A stretch of DNA of 64,000 nucleotides. Origin: Polymyxa betae A26-41. Its lineage: Eukaryota; Protista; Endomyxa: Phytomyxea. The DNA lies in the NCBI GenBank assembly GCA_003693705.1, contig RBZT01000853.1:1-64000 (forward strand), given 5' to 3'. The notes under the pieces were generated by a model that was given only the letters and a program-made list of their open reading frames with translations, was not told the DNA's origin and ran no database searches. The first letter of the stretch is position 1, and every line of letters begins with the position of its first letter. Made by a program: the position numbers and the translations under genes. This document shows, one piece after another, positions 1 through 12,000 of the stretch.

Positions 1-697
1 AACAGGAATGGCTACAATTTGCGGAAGGTTTCGAGCAGATAGCTGGATTCCCAGGGTGCTGCTTCGCAGTTGATGGGTGCCTAATTGCTATAGAAAGGCC
101 ATATGAATACGAAGGATGGTATTGTCGCAAGGGCTTTCCTGCGATTAACGCCCTCGTAGTAGTTGACCACCGCGCTCGAATTCTCAGCTATGATCTCCGA
201 CCAGGATCGGCGAACGATAAGGCAATTTGAAATTATTCCAAATTCGGATCCAAAATCGGCTCAGTTTTACCAAAGAGACTTCATGGCCTTGGAGACGCCG
301 GGTTCAAATTGTCAGAATATTTGCTGATTCCTTATCCCATTCGAGATAATATGCTTGCTGACGAATCACATTATAACTACCTGCATTCCAAGACCAGAAT
401 TACTGTGGAACGAGCGTTTGGCATGATCAAGAATCGCTTCCGCATCTTCCAAACCAAACTCAGCCAGAAAGTGCACTTCGATACAGGCGAATCTGCAACA
501 TTGCAGATGGCCAAAATAATTGAGGCGTGCTTCATCTTGCATAACATTCTGATTGATCTTCGGGACCAACAGAACGATGATGACAATGTCTGCAGCTTTA
601 TCCCAGAGCTGGATACAGGGTTTCCCAGCATATGCAGGAGCACGCAGGGAAACGAAAACGAGATCGGATCAAAACGTATCTTTATTCCAATCACTGA
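1..697 (+). pseudogene. PIF/Harbinger transposase (DDE_Tnp_4/HARBI1-like), 5'-truncated by the window edge and disabled
   Basis: Frame 3 reads GFPGCCFAVDGCLIAI..YCRKGFPAINALVVVD..PGSANDKAI*..LGDAGF..TRITVERAFGMIKNRFRI..ACFILHN. In-frame TGA at 228-230 where Trp is typical. The natural C-terminus GKRKRDRIKTYLYSNH* (TGA 695-697) is in another frame, implying a frameshift around 590-650. Confidence 0.9.
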
Positions 698-699
698 TT

Positions 700-1488
700 C
701 TACTGTTTGCTTGCTAAACTCTGCACTAAGGAACGAAGTAGATTATTCGTTTCTTCCGTCTGTACAGCCTGCCGCTCCAGCAAGGCTCCGATGCTGTCCA
801 GCTTACTCGGTTCTACCTCTTTTGGAGCCGCCAAAGCTGAGGCAAGCATTTGGCCCATGCCAAGCAAGCCCTTCTTGATCTCCTTGCCAATCGAGACGTC
901 AGGTTCGCTCACAGCACGCTTGGGTCTCCGAGGGGTCACCACTGTTTGTACAGATGGCGCCTTTTGGGCAAAGCCTGCGACTTCCAAGACCCCATTATTA
1001 GTAAGTGATCCAGAGTCTTCAGCCTTGCCAACTTGAGGCGCTACACTGTTGAGACAATCGTGGGCCGAACCCTCATTACCGCCGAAATGAGATACCAGTG
1101 AGTCCCAGTATTCCGGTTTCCTGAGAAGTTTTACGTTTCCAGTTGATTTTTCGTCGATATTCGTCAGCTGTCGATAGGCCCGCTGCACATCCTGGTACTT
1201 CCGCTTAACTTTGTCTACAGATATGTCCATATTGAAGGTATTATTGACATCACTTGTGATTCGATTCCATCCTTTCGCAATCGTATTTTTGTTTTTCGAA
1301 TCCACGAAGAAAGTTCGATGAAATTCCTTCAAATCCAGCATCATTTCAACCATTTCCGTTGACCATTGTACATCCGGAGCGCTGTCTTCAGTCTTCGCAG
1401 GCCTGCCTCGCTTCTTAGTAGCAGGAACGCTTGCTGACGTCGCAACGTCGACCGTTGGGGAAACTTCAGGGACATCGGGAGACGACAT
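700..1488 (-). CDS. Harbinger-associated Myb/SANT-like DNA-binding protein
   Basis: Intronless 262-aa ORF with WSTEMVEMML..KGWNRI..VKRKYQDV..STGN..YWD trihelix pattern and an AT-hook-like KKRGRP; convergent with the transposase. Confidence 0.85.
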   Translation of the reverse strand: MSSPDVPEVSPTVDVATSASVPATKKRGRPAKTEDSAPDVQWSTEMVEMMLDLKEFHRTFFVDSKNKNTIAKGWNRITSDVNNTFNMDISVDKVKRKYQDVQRAYRQLTNIDEKSTGNVKLLRKPEYWDSLVSHFGGNEGSAHDCLNSVAPQVGKAEDSGSLTNNGVLEVAGFAQKAPSVQTVVTPRRPKRAVSEPDVSIGKEIKKGLLGMGQMLASALAAPKEVEPSKLDSIGALLERQAVQTEETNNLLRSLVQSLASKQ

Positions 1489-2182
1489 TGTTAGAGACTA
1501 CACACAACGCAGTTCGCAGGACTCACGATCTCATTTATTACTTCATTTAATATACAGTCATTTTCAGCATTTTTCGGATGTCATACCTGGACCGCCTTTT
1601 TTTATAATTTAAAATTGATAGTTGGAATGGGTTGGATTATTTATGGTATGGGGTATAATTTTGTTAATTTGTTTTGGGGCGAGCATATTTGGATTATTTT
1701 TTATTTTTGGATTTATGAATTTGAAATTATAAAACGAAAATATATTTGGGGGCGGGGTGGATTATTTATTGTTATGGAAAGGGTGGGCATTTTCAAAGAT
1801 TTTTGTGGAACGTGGCTTGATAAATAAGAATGTGGTTTGGGACTTATTGTATGGGAGTTGTTTTTTAAAAATAAAAAGAGATGTCATCCTTTGAAATGGG
1901 ATTTTGAAAATGACGCTTTTGGGTCAAAAACATTAACGGGTTCATTAACGGGTCATCATCTGGGGGGAGTAAAGAGACAAGAAGATTACAGGAAGTTGTA
2001 GTGTCCAATCCTAGCGCGACCACGTGTACTGTCCCTGGGGGGCCGGGCCGCCCCAACAGCCCACGATCTCCCTTGGTACCAGTACAGTTAATAAGACCTG
2101 AGCTGACCCGATCAAAATCCGCAATCTAATCACCAGGGTCTTGAGCTCTTGCCCTCATTTTCCAATCTGATCTACAATAATC

Positions 2183-2500
2183 ATGACTGGAGACGCTAAG
2201 AAGGGTGCTAAGATCTTCAAGACGAAATGCATGCAATGCCACACTGCCGAGAGCGGTGGCGGCCATAAACAGGGACCTTCCCTGAATGGTATCATCGGAC
2301 GCCAGGCTGGTAGTGCTGAAGGATACGCTTTCACAGCCGCTAACAAGAACTCGGGGATCACGTGGTCGGAAGCCGAGCTGGATGTGTATTTGCAGGACCC
2401 GAAAAAGAGAATCCCGGGCACCAAGATGGTTTTCGGTGGTCTCAAGAAGCCATCTGAGCGTGCTGATCTGATCGCCTTTCTTAAAGAACAAGCTGCGTGA
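2183..2500 (+). CDS. CYC1: Mitochondrial cytochrome c
   Basis: [18 protein letters not shown] (CxxCH), [20 protein letters not shown]; intronless. Confidence 0.98.
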   Translation: MTGDAKKGAKIFKTKCMQCHTAESGGGHKQGPSLNGIIGRQAGSAEGYAFTAANKNSGITWSEAELDVYLQDPKKRIPGTKMVFGGLKKPSERADLIAFLKEQAA

Positions 2501-2774
2501 TTGTACATCTGTTTAACCCAATACATTTCTTAGCTGTTTATATTTGTCACAATTTTCTCAATTCATATCGAGAATCATAGCTTTGAGTCGAAATCCCATA
2601 ACTGAATAGGTGCAAATTCTGGTCGTAAACGATATATCGTTCGATTCGCCTGAGGGCTTCAAGCAGTTGGTCCCAGCTTGCAAGCGTCGATAACAGCTGG
2701 AATCGTGAGGCGTTGATCGATACTAGGTACCATCAGAACAGTGGCAGGTAGAGTTATCGTGGGATCTTATTATC

Positions 2775-3214
2775 ATGTCAGCATATCCAGGCAATAATGT
2801 GGCATTTGGTCCAGGTGGTATTCCTGGTGGACAACAACCCGTATACCAGCAAGGACCCGATGGACAATTTCATCAGGTCGGTTTCATGTCAACGCCAGGA
2901 TTTGTAGCTGCTGCACCCGGATATGCTATGGCACAACCTGCATTTGTTCAACAACAGCCAGTTGTTTACGTTCAACAAGCAGGACCTGGACAGATTTCTT
3001 ACCAACAGCAGCCGCAGCCGATCCCAAGCGCACCGGAACCATCTCCGGCTAAAAAGAAACAAGAAAAAGACAAAGATGATGACAGCGGTTGCTGTCTATG
3101 TGTGTTATGTGCAGCGTTATTTGCTGGATGTAAGCTTGATACGCCACCAATGCATTCAATTGCTCAATTCTATCAGGCGTCGTCTATTTCAAGGCAGCTA
3201 CAGGAATGGAATAA
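2775..3214 (+). CDS. Pro/Gln/Gly-rich protein with Cys-rich hydrophobic C-terminus (CYSTM-like)
   Basis: PQG-rich N-terminus, then DDDSGCCLCVLCAALFAG. Predicted intron 3130-3176 gives CVVYFKAATGME*. Confidence 0.65.
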
Positions 3215-3279
3215 TACATGGTTCATACAAATTCTCACTAAATCTACATTGCTTGAAAGCAGGCCAACATCAACGCCGT

Positions 3280-4019
3280 TTATTTCTTGCCATCGAGTCG
3301 ATATCCCTGACCAGAAAAGGCTTTAAACCCAGGAGGTGCAGCACCGCTTGGCCGATTATTAGGACGATATGATGAATCGCCAGGTGGTGGATAAGCTTGC
3401 TGAGGGAAGCTTGGCATGGAGGCGGCAGGGCCTGGCCCCATTCCAGGTCCGCCCATCACCGCTCCTAATCCATCACGATTAATGATATTTCGTAATTCAT
3501 CGTACAAGGCGTTGCTGAGATATACTCCAATAATTGACAAAAGAATATTAACAGGCTCGATCACCTGTAGAGAAGCGTTATTGATTTGAAAAAAACGGCT
3601 TGACAGAAATCAATCACACCAAGACTGCTATTCGTAGAGGTTCCTGCATATCGTTGTAAGGCTTGGCTTGAATCCCGACAAGAATAACATCAGCTAAGTT
3701 CAGATAAGCATTTATGCCGCTGAATATGGTATAGCATGGGATTTTCTGAACATCGTAGCCATCATTATTACGAATTGCCCAAAACCTGGAATAGTCATTG
3801 ACTTTGAGAACAGAAATAATAATCGAAGAAATCGTACCCAAGTCCGATGACGATAATATTAATTAGATTCCAGATGAAGTTCCCCGAGGCGATCAGAACC
3901 ACAGAGGTTAGAGCTTGGGCAATGAATACAGGCTTGAGCTTCGAGGCTAAACGTAGAGCTCGTTGGGAAGGTGATATTAGAAGCTGAGGAGCTCCATCAC
4001 CCATGGGAAACAGACACAT
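3280..4019 (-). CDS. Multi-pass membrane protein with C-terminal SHP box
   Basis: Three exons with about 4 hydrophobic segments, then a Gly/Pro-rich tail ending FKAFSGQGYRLDGKK. Confidence 0.7.
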
Positions 4020-4522
4020 GATGGCCTGATATTGTGATTAATGCTATGGTTTAGTTGGCCGAGAGAGACACACTTAGACAGGCCTCCCTCTCTATATCCT
4101 TCTAGTTTTTTTCCAACCGTTCTCTTAATTTCGTTGCTTTTCATGACGATTATGTCTTAATTGTATTATTTATCGTTGAGCAGTGTCAACCCTCTGCAGC
4201 TCAATCTGGCAAGGGCATTAGGCATTATTGATTTTGTCACATACTATTTATTTCTCTTTTAGAGTTATCATATATGGCATTCTTGTATTGATATTCTAAG
4301 TAATATCAAGCTTCGAATACAGCTTTCAGGATACGAAGACATGGTGAGTGACGACCTGAAATCGTTTTGCAAAATGAAAGCTAAATGCCCATCAAGATAA
4401 AGTGCGTCTTACTTATTGGTTTGTGTTAGCCTGTTGTTGCGAGTGTCAGTATCAGGCAAAGAGATCACTCACTCCATAACTCCATCAGTTCTTCGCCCGA
4501 CTGACCAGTCCTAATTTGTAAA

Positions 4523-5053
4523 ATGCATCTGAATCAGAACATACCTAGATCTATGTTCTCTATGTCCCGTATTGGTGCTGAGCCAGAGATCATCCAGCCT
4601 GAGTCACACCCGCTCCAGGTCCAGCAGCAATCTGTATGCATAATTTTCTTCTGTACATTCACGCTGGATGCTGAACCATGTGCCAGGCTACCAAGCTTGC
4701 TTTGGAGCATAATACTAGGTCTATGTCTAACCTCTTTGGAACAGGATTTGCTCTGAACGCTCAAATGGATATGGCAGTCTTATCTAAGGTATTCAGACAT
4801 GAGACATTTTTGTGGATTTCCGGTTTAAGTTAGTCATGTTCATTTCGAGTCCTTCAAAGCTTATCTTTTAGTTTAATAATTGTGTATCAAGGTGCAACGC
4901 CACCCTGGTCTTCGTTCTAGTAATATCGCTTTGGAGACCTATCTGAACCTCGATTGCACTGTTGACGTGGGCGATTATCTGAACGCTCCTGAGTTTAATG
5001 AGCAGATGGTCGATGGACGTGGTCTTCTTGAAAAGCAATATGGATTGATCTAA
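4523..5053 (+). CDS. UMP1: Proteasome maturation factor UMP1/POMP
   Basis: Spliced reading: ESHPLQ..SNLFGTGFALNAQMDMAVLSK|VQRHPGLRSSNIALETYLNLDCTVDVGDYLNAPE..EKQYGLI*. Start may be 4523 or 4553. Confidence 0.85.
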
Positions 5054-5169
5054 ACTCTCACTTCAAATCGGACTCCAATTTGACTGCTTCAGATCACAAT
5101 CCAATACACTAACTGCAAAGTTCGATTTGCAAGCTTGCAGCATGCGAGTTATTTATCCCATTCTAATAG

Positions 5170-6467
5170 TCAAGATATCACTTCTTGATCTAAACTCGAG
5201 GCGATATAATGTGGGAAGAGGCTGTTCAGCAGCTCCATGCACCACGTTTGTTTTTGTACCCAGGACAGAATCCTGGAGCAATTATACGGCCCTACTTTGC
5301 ATTTAGAACGATGAGAGCAACAGGAAAAGGCCAACCTGTAATGCTAATCATCTCTCTAATTTCTTGCTCTCTCGTATTTAACATTTTTTCACAATGCGAT
5401 CGGTATTCGTGAAGTAGTTTAGAGACATCGGCAAGCTTCGCATTCAGAACATCAAACCGGATTCGGAACGTTTTCAATTTCTCACGCTGCTCCTCTGAAA
5501 GGTTCAGCAATGAACGCAGCTCATCACTATGATTGCTTGACGTAAATAGAATCCACAATGCATCTGCTGGATGTCCTCTTCCATAACTGATTGTGCATTC
5601 AGCTAGATTCACATACGCATCAAAAGAAGCCCATATAGAGCGACAATTTTGCAGTAACTTCTCGATTAATTCAGAAAGCGACTCTTCAAGATCCTAGCAC
5701 AATTTCAGATAGATGGAATATCAAGCCTAGGTTCAGACACACATCATCTTTCATTTCGCTAAGTGATGATTGAATGACGCCAATCAGCTCTTGTTGCTCC
5801 TGTCTTAACGCATCGAGATCGTTCTCAATTTGCTGTTCGACTTCCATATTTTTAGTTATTATTCGATTTTCTTGAGACAGTTCTGAAATCCAACAGTGAG
5901 ATAACGAAGACAAAGATAACTATCAGGAAATTAACCTGCTACACGGCTATTTAACTGAATCTCTTCAGCAGATAGACTCCTCAATTGCTCGCTTAATGCC
6001 TGGGCTTGTGTTTCTAAATCAGAAACATATGCCTTCCGTTTCTTTCTCGATCGTCGCGCCCTTTCTAGGATCAGTAATAAGAATCTATGTCATCACACTA
6101 GTGAGGACAGAAATATCCAACTTTAGCTATTCAGAACCCAAAAGGCAACCTGAATGAGGAATTATGGCAACAAACAGCAACGCGATGCGATTGGTTTAAG
6201 TTTAACTATACCAGCTTTGTTAGCCATCCTTTGGAGAACATCTCGCTGTCGATGAGCAATAATCGAAGCTAAATCCGACGATGATTGTGTCGCGATGGAG
6301 TCGGACTGCAAAGCACGAGCATTATGAAGATTGGTGGTATTCAGATAGATATCATTGGCGTATACAATAGGGGGCGGTCCTCTGCCTAACGTAGAGCCTT
6401 GATTGGAGACATACCATAGATCATCGGGGGACTCTGATTCGGCAGGTATCATGTCAATAATCGACAT
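5170..6467 (-). CDS. bZIP transcription factor with C-terminal helical domain
   Basis: Exon at ~5935-6065 reads ERARRSRKKRKAYVSDLETQAQALSEQLRSL (basic region + zipper). Later exons read LLNLSEEQREKL and ILSWVQKQTWCMELL. Confidence 0.8.
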
Positions 6468-7185
6468 GAGGCAATGAAAAGACAAGACGGCGGCGGAACC
6501 TGAACCCTAGTAGCAAACCCTAAATGTACTGACAGGAGCGGGGTGGCATCAGTGTTGGGGGCTTGGGGCCCCGCCTCCCCTCACCCCGGCCCCATCTGGC
6601 AACTATTATTCCGTTACATGCCCCCCTTCCCGCCCCATCTGGCAACATTCCCATTCATAAATATCATCATCAGATTCTTATCTACTTGTTCATAGATGGA
6701 GTTGTATCGGCCTTCATCTCTTATGTCCAAGTAGACATTTCAATTCAGTCTTTCGCGTTTTTAAAGCACCATATAACGGAAGAGAATTAAACCCTAGACG
6801 CCTGATCAATAATTCGATTTGCAATCTTGATGCAGATTCGGTCCATCTCGGCTTATTCTTCGTTTTGTACGACAAGATCACAATCTGTCGCATGACATTC
6901 CAATACAGCTGAACACTCAGCTTATCTTCGTTTGGCAGCGGTTATGAATACCGAACTAATATAGGATCACAAAAACCAACAAACAAACGTTCCACTACTG
7001 GTCTAGGCATTTTTATGGAGGTTCAAAATGAATGGGTCATATAAATTACGTTGTCATTCCAATAATTATTTAACATATTAATAACAAGATCGCGATTAAC
7101 ACTCTCCAAACGTGCTCGTATGATTTGAAATCCTAAGTGGCGCGTGTCAAAATTTTGTCAAGTCGGATTGGATATTCGATTGCTT

Positions 7186-9004
7186 ATGTCGAACGATAGT
7201 CTGAGTCCATCGCCGACTCCCATCTCCTCTCAAAGAAACGTCTCAGATGAGGCCGGAAATGACCCTGAGTCGACTCCATATCAGTCGGCAACTTCACATC
7301 GACACAATCACACTGTATCTTCAATATCTCATATCTCACGAGCCACTATTCATGATGATGATCTGCAATCTACCGTTCCTATTCCATTCGAACAGGTTTG
7401 GTCTCTCTACCGACTCTGTTGCTAAGTTTTTGAACTTTTTGCAGGATATTGCCTGCTTAGAGAACGGCGAAGGCGAGAAAGAGCAATCTTTTTTGGAGAA
7501 AGCGGCATCATCGCATATCAGGCAAGACATGTTTGTCGAAAACTCCTACAAACTGATGACAGTGACTGTAGATCGAAATCGGCGTTTGTCGATCTGCCTC
7601 ACAATAGTGTTCCTACAAAATTTGAAAGCTTCAGCAGTTCTACAGGCGCCGCTTTTACAACAAATACTGGTCGTCGTCCATCAGTTGTTTGTCTGAAGGT
7701 CCCCGTTTAAAACTCGTAAGAATTACAGTCGAACTGGTTCTTTAGGTCAATGCGAATGCGGCTCGCGCCGGAAAGCATCGTATTCAGCATATCGAGAGTC
7801 CAGCGTTGGTCCTGGAGAGTGGGTTCGATGAGGGGCATGCAGCTCCTGAAAAATACAGCTCAGGCTGTTCCATAAAGTTAAATTCGCCATTAAAGCGTCC
7901 ATCTCACCGGAAGCGAATCAGGTAGTTTTTAAACTTCCGATGACAGCGATTTCAAATTGCAGAATTCTATCTGAATGACAGTTTTTTCGAGCACATTGAT
8001 ACAGGACGCTGACAGTTTTGTAAAGTCATCAGTTGACGATTCCAGAAGATGGAGCTACTCTAACTGATTCCTGGTCTGCCTATCTTGATACGTCCTGCGA
8101 CAGCTCGTCGAAATTCATTCCTGTTCGTCCGCACTTTGTTAGAACGTGTCTACAAAAAATCTGATTTAATTTAGGGACCATCAGGAAAAAAGGCTCTACC
8201 CAGAACAAAAGATTCAGCTCTTATAAGAAAGTAAACAAGTGGGCGGATCTTGAGATGTCTTTATTAACTGAGTTATTAGGGATAAGAACCATTCACTGTC
8301 TTTTTTAATCGGAGAGCACAACATTACACTGTCTGAGAAGGAGCAACAACCGGTTGTGGTCATTGAGCCCAAGAAGCCTGAATCCAACCAGGACAACAAG
8401 CCGCCTACTTTCATCATTTCGCAGGCACGCTATTGAAAAGCTCGCATTATATTCCTTGTAAGAAGAATTTGTTAGGGGAAGTCTATTGCAGAAGCTTTGA
8501 ATCGACTTTCTTTGAAAGAAAACCCGACACCCAAGAATTCTCGACGATCCCGAAGGTCGCATCCGACTCCGAGGAGTATTTCGCGCTTGCGAAAGACTTT
8601 GGTGCAAATGTACCACTGCTTGACGTTCCCTAATTGTTGCTGAGTCTACGTTTCAGATGTACCTTGATCGTCGATGAAGCAGTTCGCAACCTGTATGATG
8701 AGAGTAAAAGCCAGCGACGGCAAAGAAAGAGAGTTACGCAGCAAGAGATTTTTAACGATATAATTTTAGCCATTTTGAAACAAACAGGAAATACATGGCG
8801 CAGGACGTCATCGCACTCACGACATCGGAGGTCATGGAATACAGCAGATTCGATCTCCGAATCGTAAGCCATTTTGAATCCTCAGTCGAATGTTTACACT
8901 TTATAAGGAACTCCGATGAATCTAGCGTCGATGAAGATATCGATTCGCTAAGCGAAAGTCAATCAATTCTAACTGAACATATTCGATCAGTTCTTCGGAG
9001 ATGA
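7186..9004 (+). CDS. Hypothetical multi-exon protein, Ser-rich N-terminus
   Basis: Chain of ORF segments separated by ~50-nt GT-AG introns; no recognisable domain; exon joins near 7920-8030 unresolved. Confidence 0.55.
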
Positions 9005-9034
9005 TACAGTATAAAAAGATGGGGTTATATAAAT

Positions 9035-12000
9035 TTATGTCGTAACTGTAATAAGGAATGGTGATCCTGAAATATGCTGCACTGAAGAGAACAGGTTGGT
9101 CTGAGGTATGACGGTTCTTGTTTGTGAAGTCGAAGACCATTCTAGCTTAGCCTGTCCAGTACCTGTTGTTTTACGAAACTCCATCTTAACGCTGTATAGT
9201 AGCGATGCTGTCGGGAACGTGTACGTTCCATTGTATACTCCTATTTTCCAGTTACTTTCCACGGCTTTGCAACGGTTCATGACCAACATACCCGAGCTAC
9301 TCGACCATGAGTCGATAATCAGAATATCATCGACCCAGAGCCGAGCTTGTTCGTAAACGGTGCAGTAGAACGTATATGTTTGAGCATAAAGAGGTCGGAG
9401 ATAGCCAGACCAACGAACTGAAATATAATCCTGTTTCCTGGTTCAATACTGAAGACATGAAATCGCAATCGCCATGACCTTAGCAGTTGCTGTGATGAGA
9501 TCAGTCCCCCATTGAAAATCAACAAATTTGTCTATTCGGTTCATGATATGATCGCCATCAAGCCATCTGTTATGGAAATATTCGCCCAACAGACCATCAC
9601 CTGATGAAGACGAGCCACTTGCTAACATGACATTGTACCGGTATTTGCCAATGGCTGGCAGAGTATATCTGGCGATTCGCCAACTGAGTTTGGTTTGATT
9701 TCAATATACCAAACACATACCCAATCACGTAGTTTCCATTCCCTGAGTCAGTTACATTCCCTCGTACAATATTGTCGGATTTATCGCTGAACGATATAAA
9801 GAAGAAGTGACCTCCAGTGGTCCTGGAGTTTGAATAGGTATCATATGATTGGACTGTAACCATGTTAAAATTACCTCAGACTACTGTGATAATTGCTTAC
9901 CTGTAAAGCTGGCAACTGAACCTGAATTGGGGGTTGAAGGAGTTCCACCTGAAACAACAGTTGTTGTCGCACTCGCAGCTGAAGGCAATTACTGTTTATA
10001 CAGCCGAACGGAGTTACAATTACCAGCAGGCGAAACGATAGTATTGATGGAAGACCCAATTGATACGCCATTAACAGTTATTGACGTGACATAGGTCCCA
10101 GAGACGGTGGCAGTATAATTACCTAACACAATCTTAATATAAAGCCATTGCTCACAAGAACAACTGACAGATATACGTTCCATCACCGATATCGATTATA
10201 TTAACTGATGCGTAAGACGGGTTGTTGAACATCTACATTCGCGAATGCTCAGCAATGGATATTGCAGCAACCAGGCATGCATACTGTTACTGTGATTGCA
10301 TCACCGCCAACGGCCCGAAGATTGTCTGAAGCATCCTTTACCGTTAGAAGGAATGTGTTCTAATGCGACTGATAAGCTGACATGAAGTATACCAAATTCA
10401 GAAACATTACGGGAGTGCCGGCAATGGCAGCAGTTGCGCCGGATCCAGAGACAATCGTCTTGGCTGAGACATCAATTTAGTCTTTTGGAGATAAATACGA
10501 ATGCGACAGACTTGGACTGGTAGCACCAACGGGGACGTTCAGAGTCCATGGACTTCCGTAAATGTGCTGATTAAAGAGAAGAAGGGACAAGACGTAAGAT
10601 CCAGCTACTGAAAGGATGTGAGCAACACAATTCAAAGTGAAATTAAAAAAAACCAAGGAACCTGAAGCTGTGAACGTGACAGAATACTGTCCTGTGCTGC
10701 TACCAACATTGGTGATAACAGGAGTAATAGTTGTTGGTGAGTATACAGCTACCAGCGACGACGAAAAATTCGCTGCAACACCGATCAGAACAGAGAAATT
10801 TGCTGTGCTTGGTGCTGACCTTGATGCCCACCAGAGATATCTAAATTCCCGTATCTATCTCTGGCTGTGATTGTAACTGAGGTCGATGTTGCAATGGGAA
10901 TCGTTAATGAGTTTAAACAAGTTCCAGAAGCAGTCGTCTTGGCCATGTTTAAAGTTCCTTGAGTAACAGAGATCCCTATTCAAAATGGTTAGCTCTATGA
11001 TAGCTCTAACTTCATATAGAATGTTACCTGTATAGGGAGAAGAGGCAACATTACGATTGTAATACAACGCACTAGATGGTACTATCGTTTTGGAGATAGA
11101 ATCAGAAGACCAGAAAAGTTTCACTTGGGCTTGTCCAACATCAGCTGTATGATCTTGTTATTGCAATGCCCTTGCAGTAATTGAAATATTGAATTACCAT
11201 TAAATTCAATTGTGATGTCTACAGGCAGATTCGACACTAAAACAATATCTCCAAACACATCGCCTGCTCCAAGAGCACTTGTCCAGGCATTGATTACCAT
11301 GATTGCTAAAACAACCTCATCAGAATAACAAGAGAAAGAAGCAGAAATGCAGCGATTACAGTTTATATACAAGCGGACTCCAGTATTGGCATACAGAGGA
11401 ATAGTGAATCGAAATAGTTCTGAGGTCGGCGGAATGATGCTTCCGGTCCAGCGTACAGAGAACCTAGCACAGTTGAGTTATATGACAATCCGATCAATAT
11501 TATGATTTGCTAACATGTCAGCAGGTAAACCCGATACTGATGGTTGATATCCCCAGTCGTGATTGATTGTTGTAGAAAGAATGTTAGACGAATATGCCAC
11601 CGTCATGTACTAATTGGGCGATTATTTGAGGTTCCAGATTGCAATGTGAATACATTACAGGGTCGGAATAATAAGTTGTATCAAGTCCTCCAGCTTGGGC
11701 CAGTTTCACCGAAACTAATCACTTGGTTAATGGAAGAGACATATAATTAAAAGGAAGCAACCTGAATGTGAACCGGCCTGCATTGGTGTATAGGAAACTG
11801 TATACGAGCCAGTTCCCAAATCGGTAAGTGAAACCGGCAACGGTTTTGCATCCGGTTGTGTTACGATCACGTAAAGACGATTGCCGCCACGAACTAGCAA
11901 ATTCGATGCAGAATCTTTCAGATTGATGGTCAATCCAACTGCAGTTCCTGCGACGGAACTTGACAGGCCAGTTCCAGCGATCTTGGTCAGAGTTAATATT

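Larger units (their letters stand above)
1..1597. mobile_element. PIF/Harbinger DNA transposon, right part
   Basis: Two-gene transposase + Myb/SANT layout. Candidate end CATACCTGGACCGCCT at ~1582-1597; the partner TIR lies outside the window, so the boundary is unverified. Confidence 0.8.

Noticed and set aside
228-230. In-frame TGA read as Trp recoding or selenocysteine
   Set aside because: Host genes use TGG for Trp and TGA as stop (e.g. cytochrome c, RPC2), and the same ORF is also frameshifted, so decay explains it.
309-878. 189-aa ORF as a complete gene
   Set aside because: It is a fragment of the transposase; its tail is out-of-frame read-through antisense to the Myb gene.
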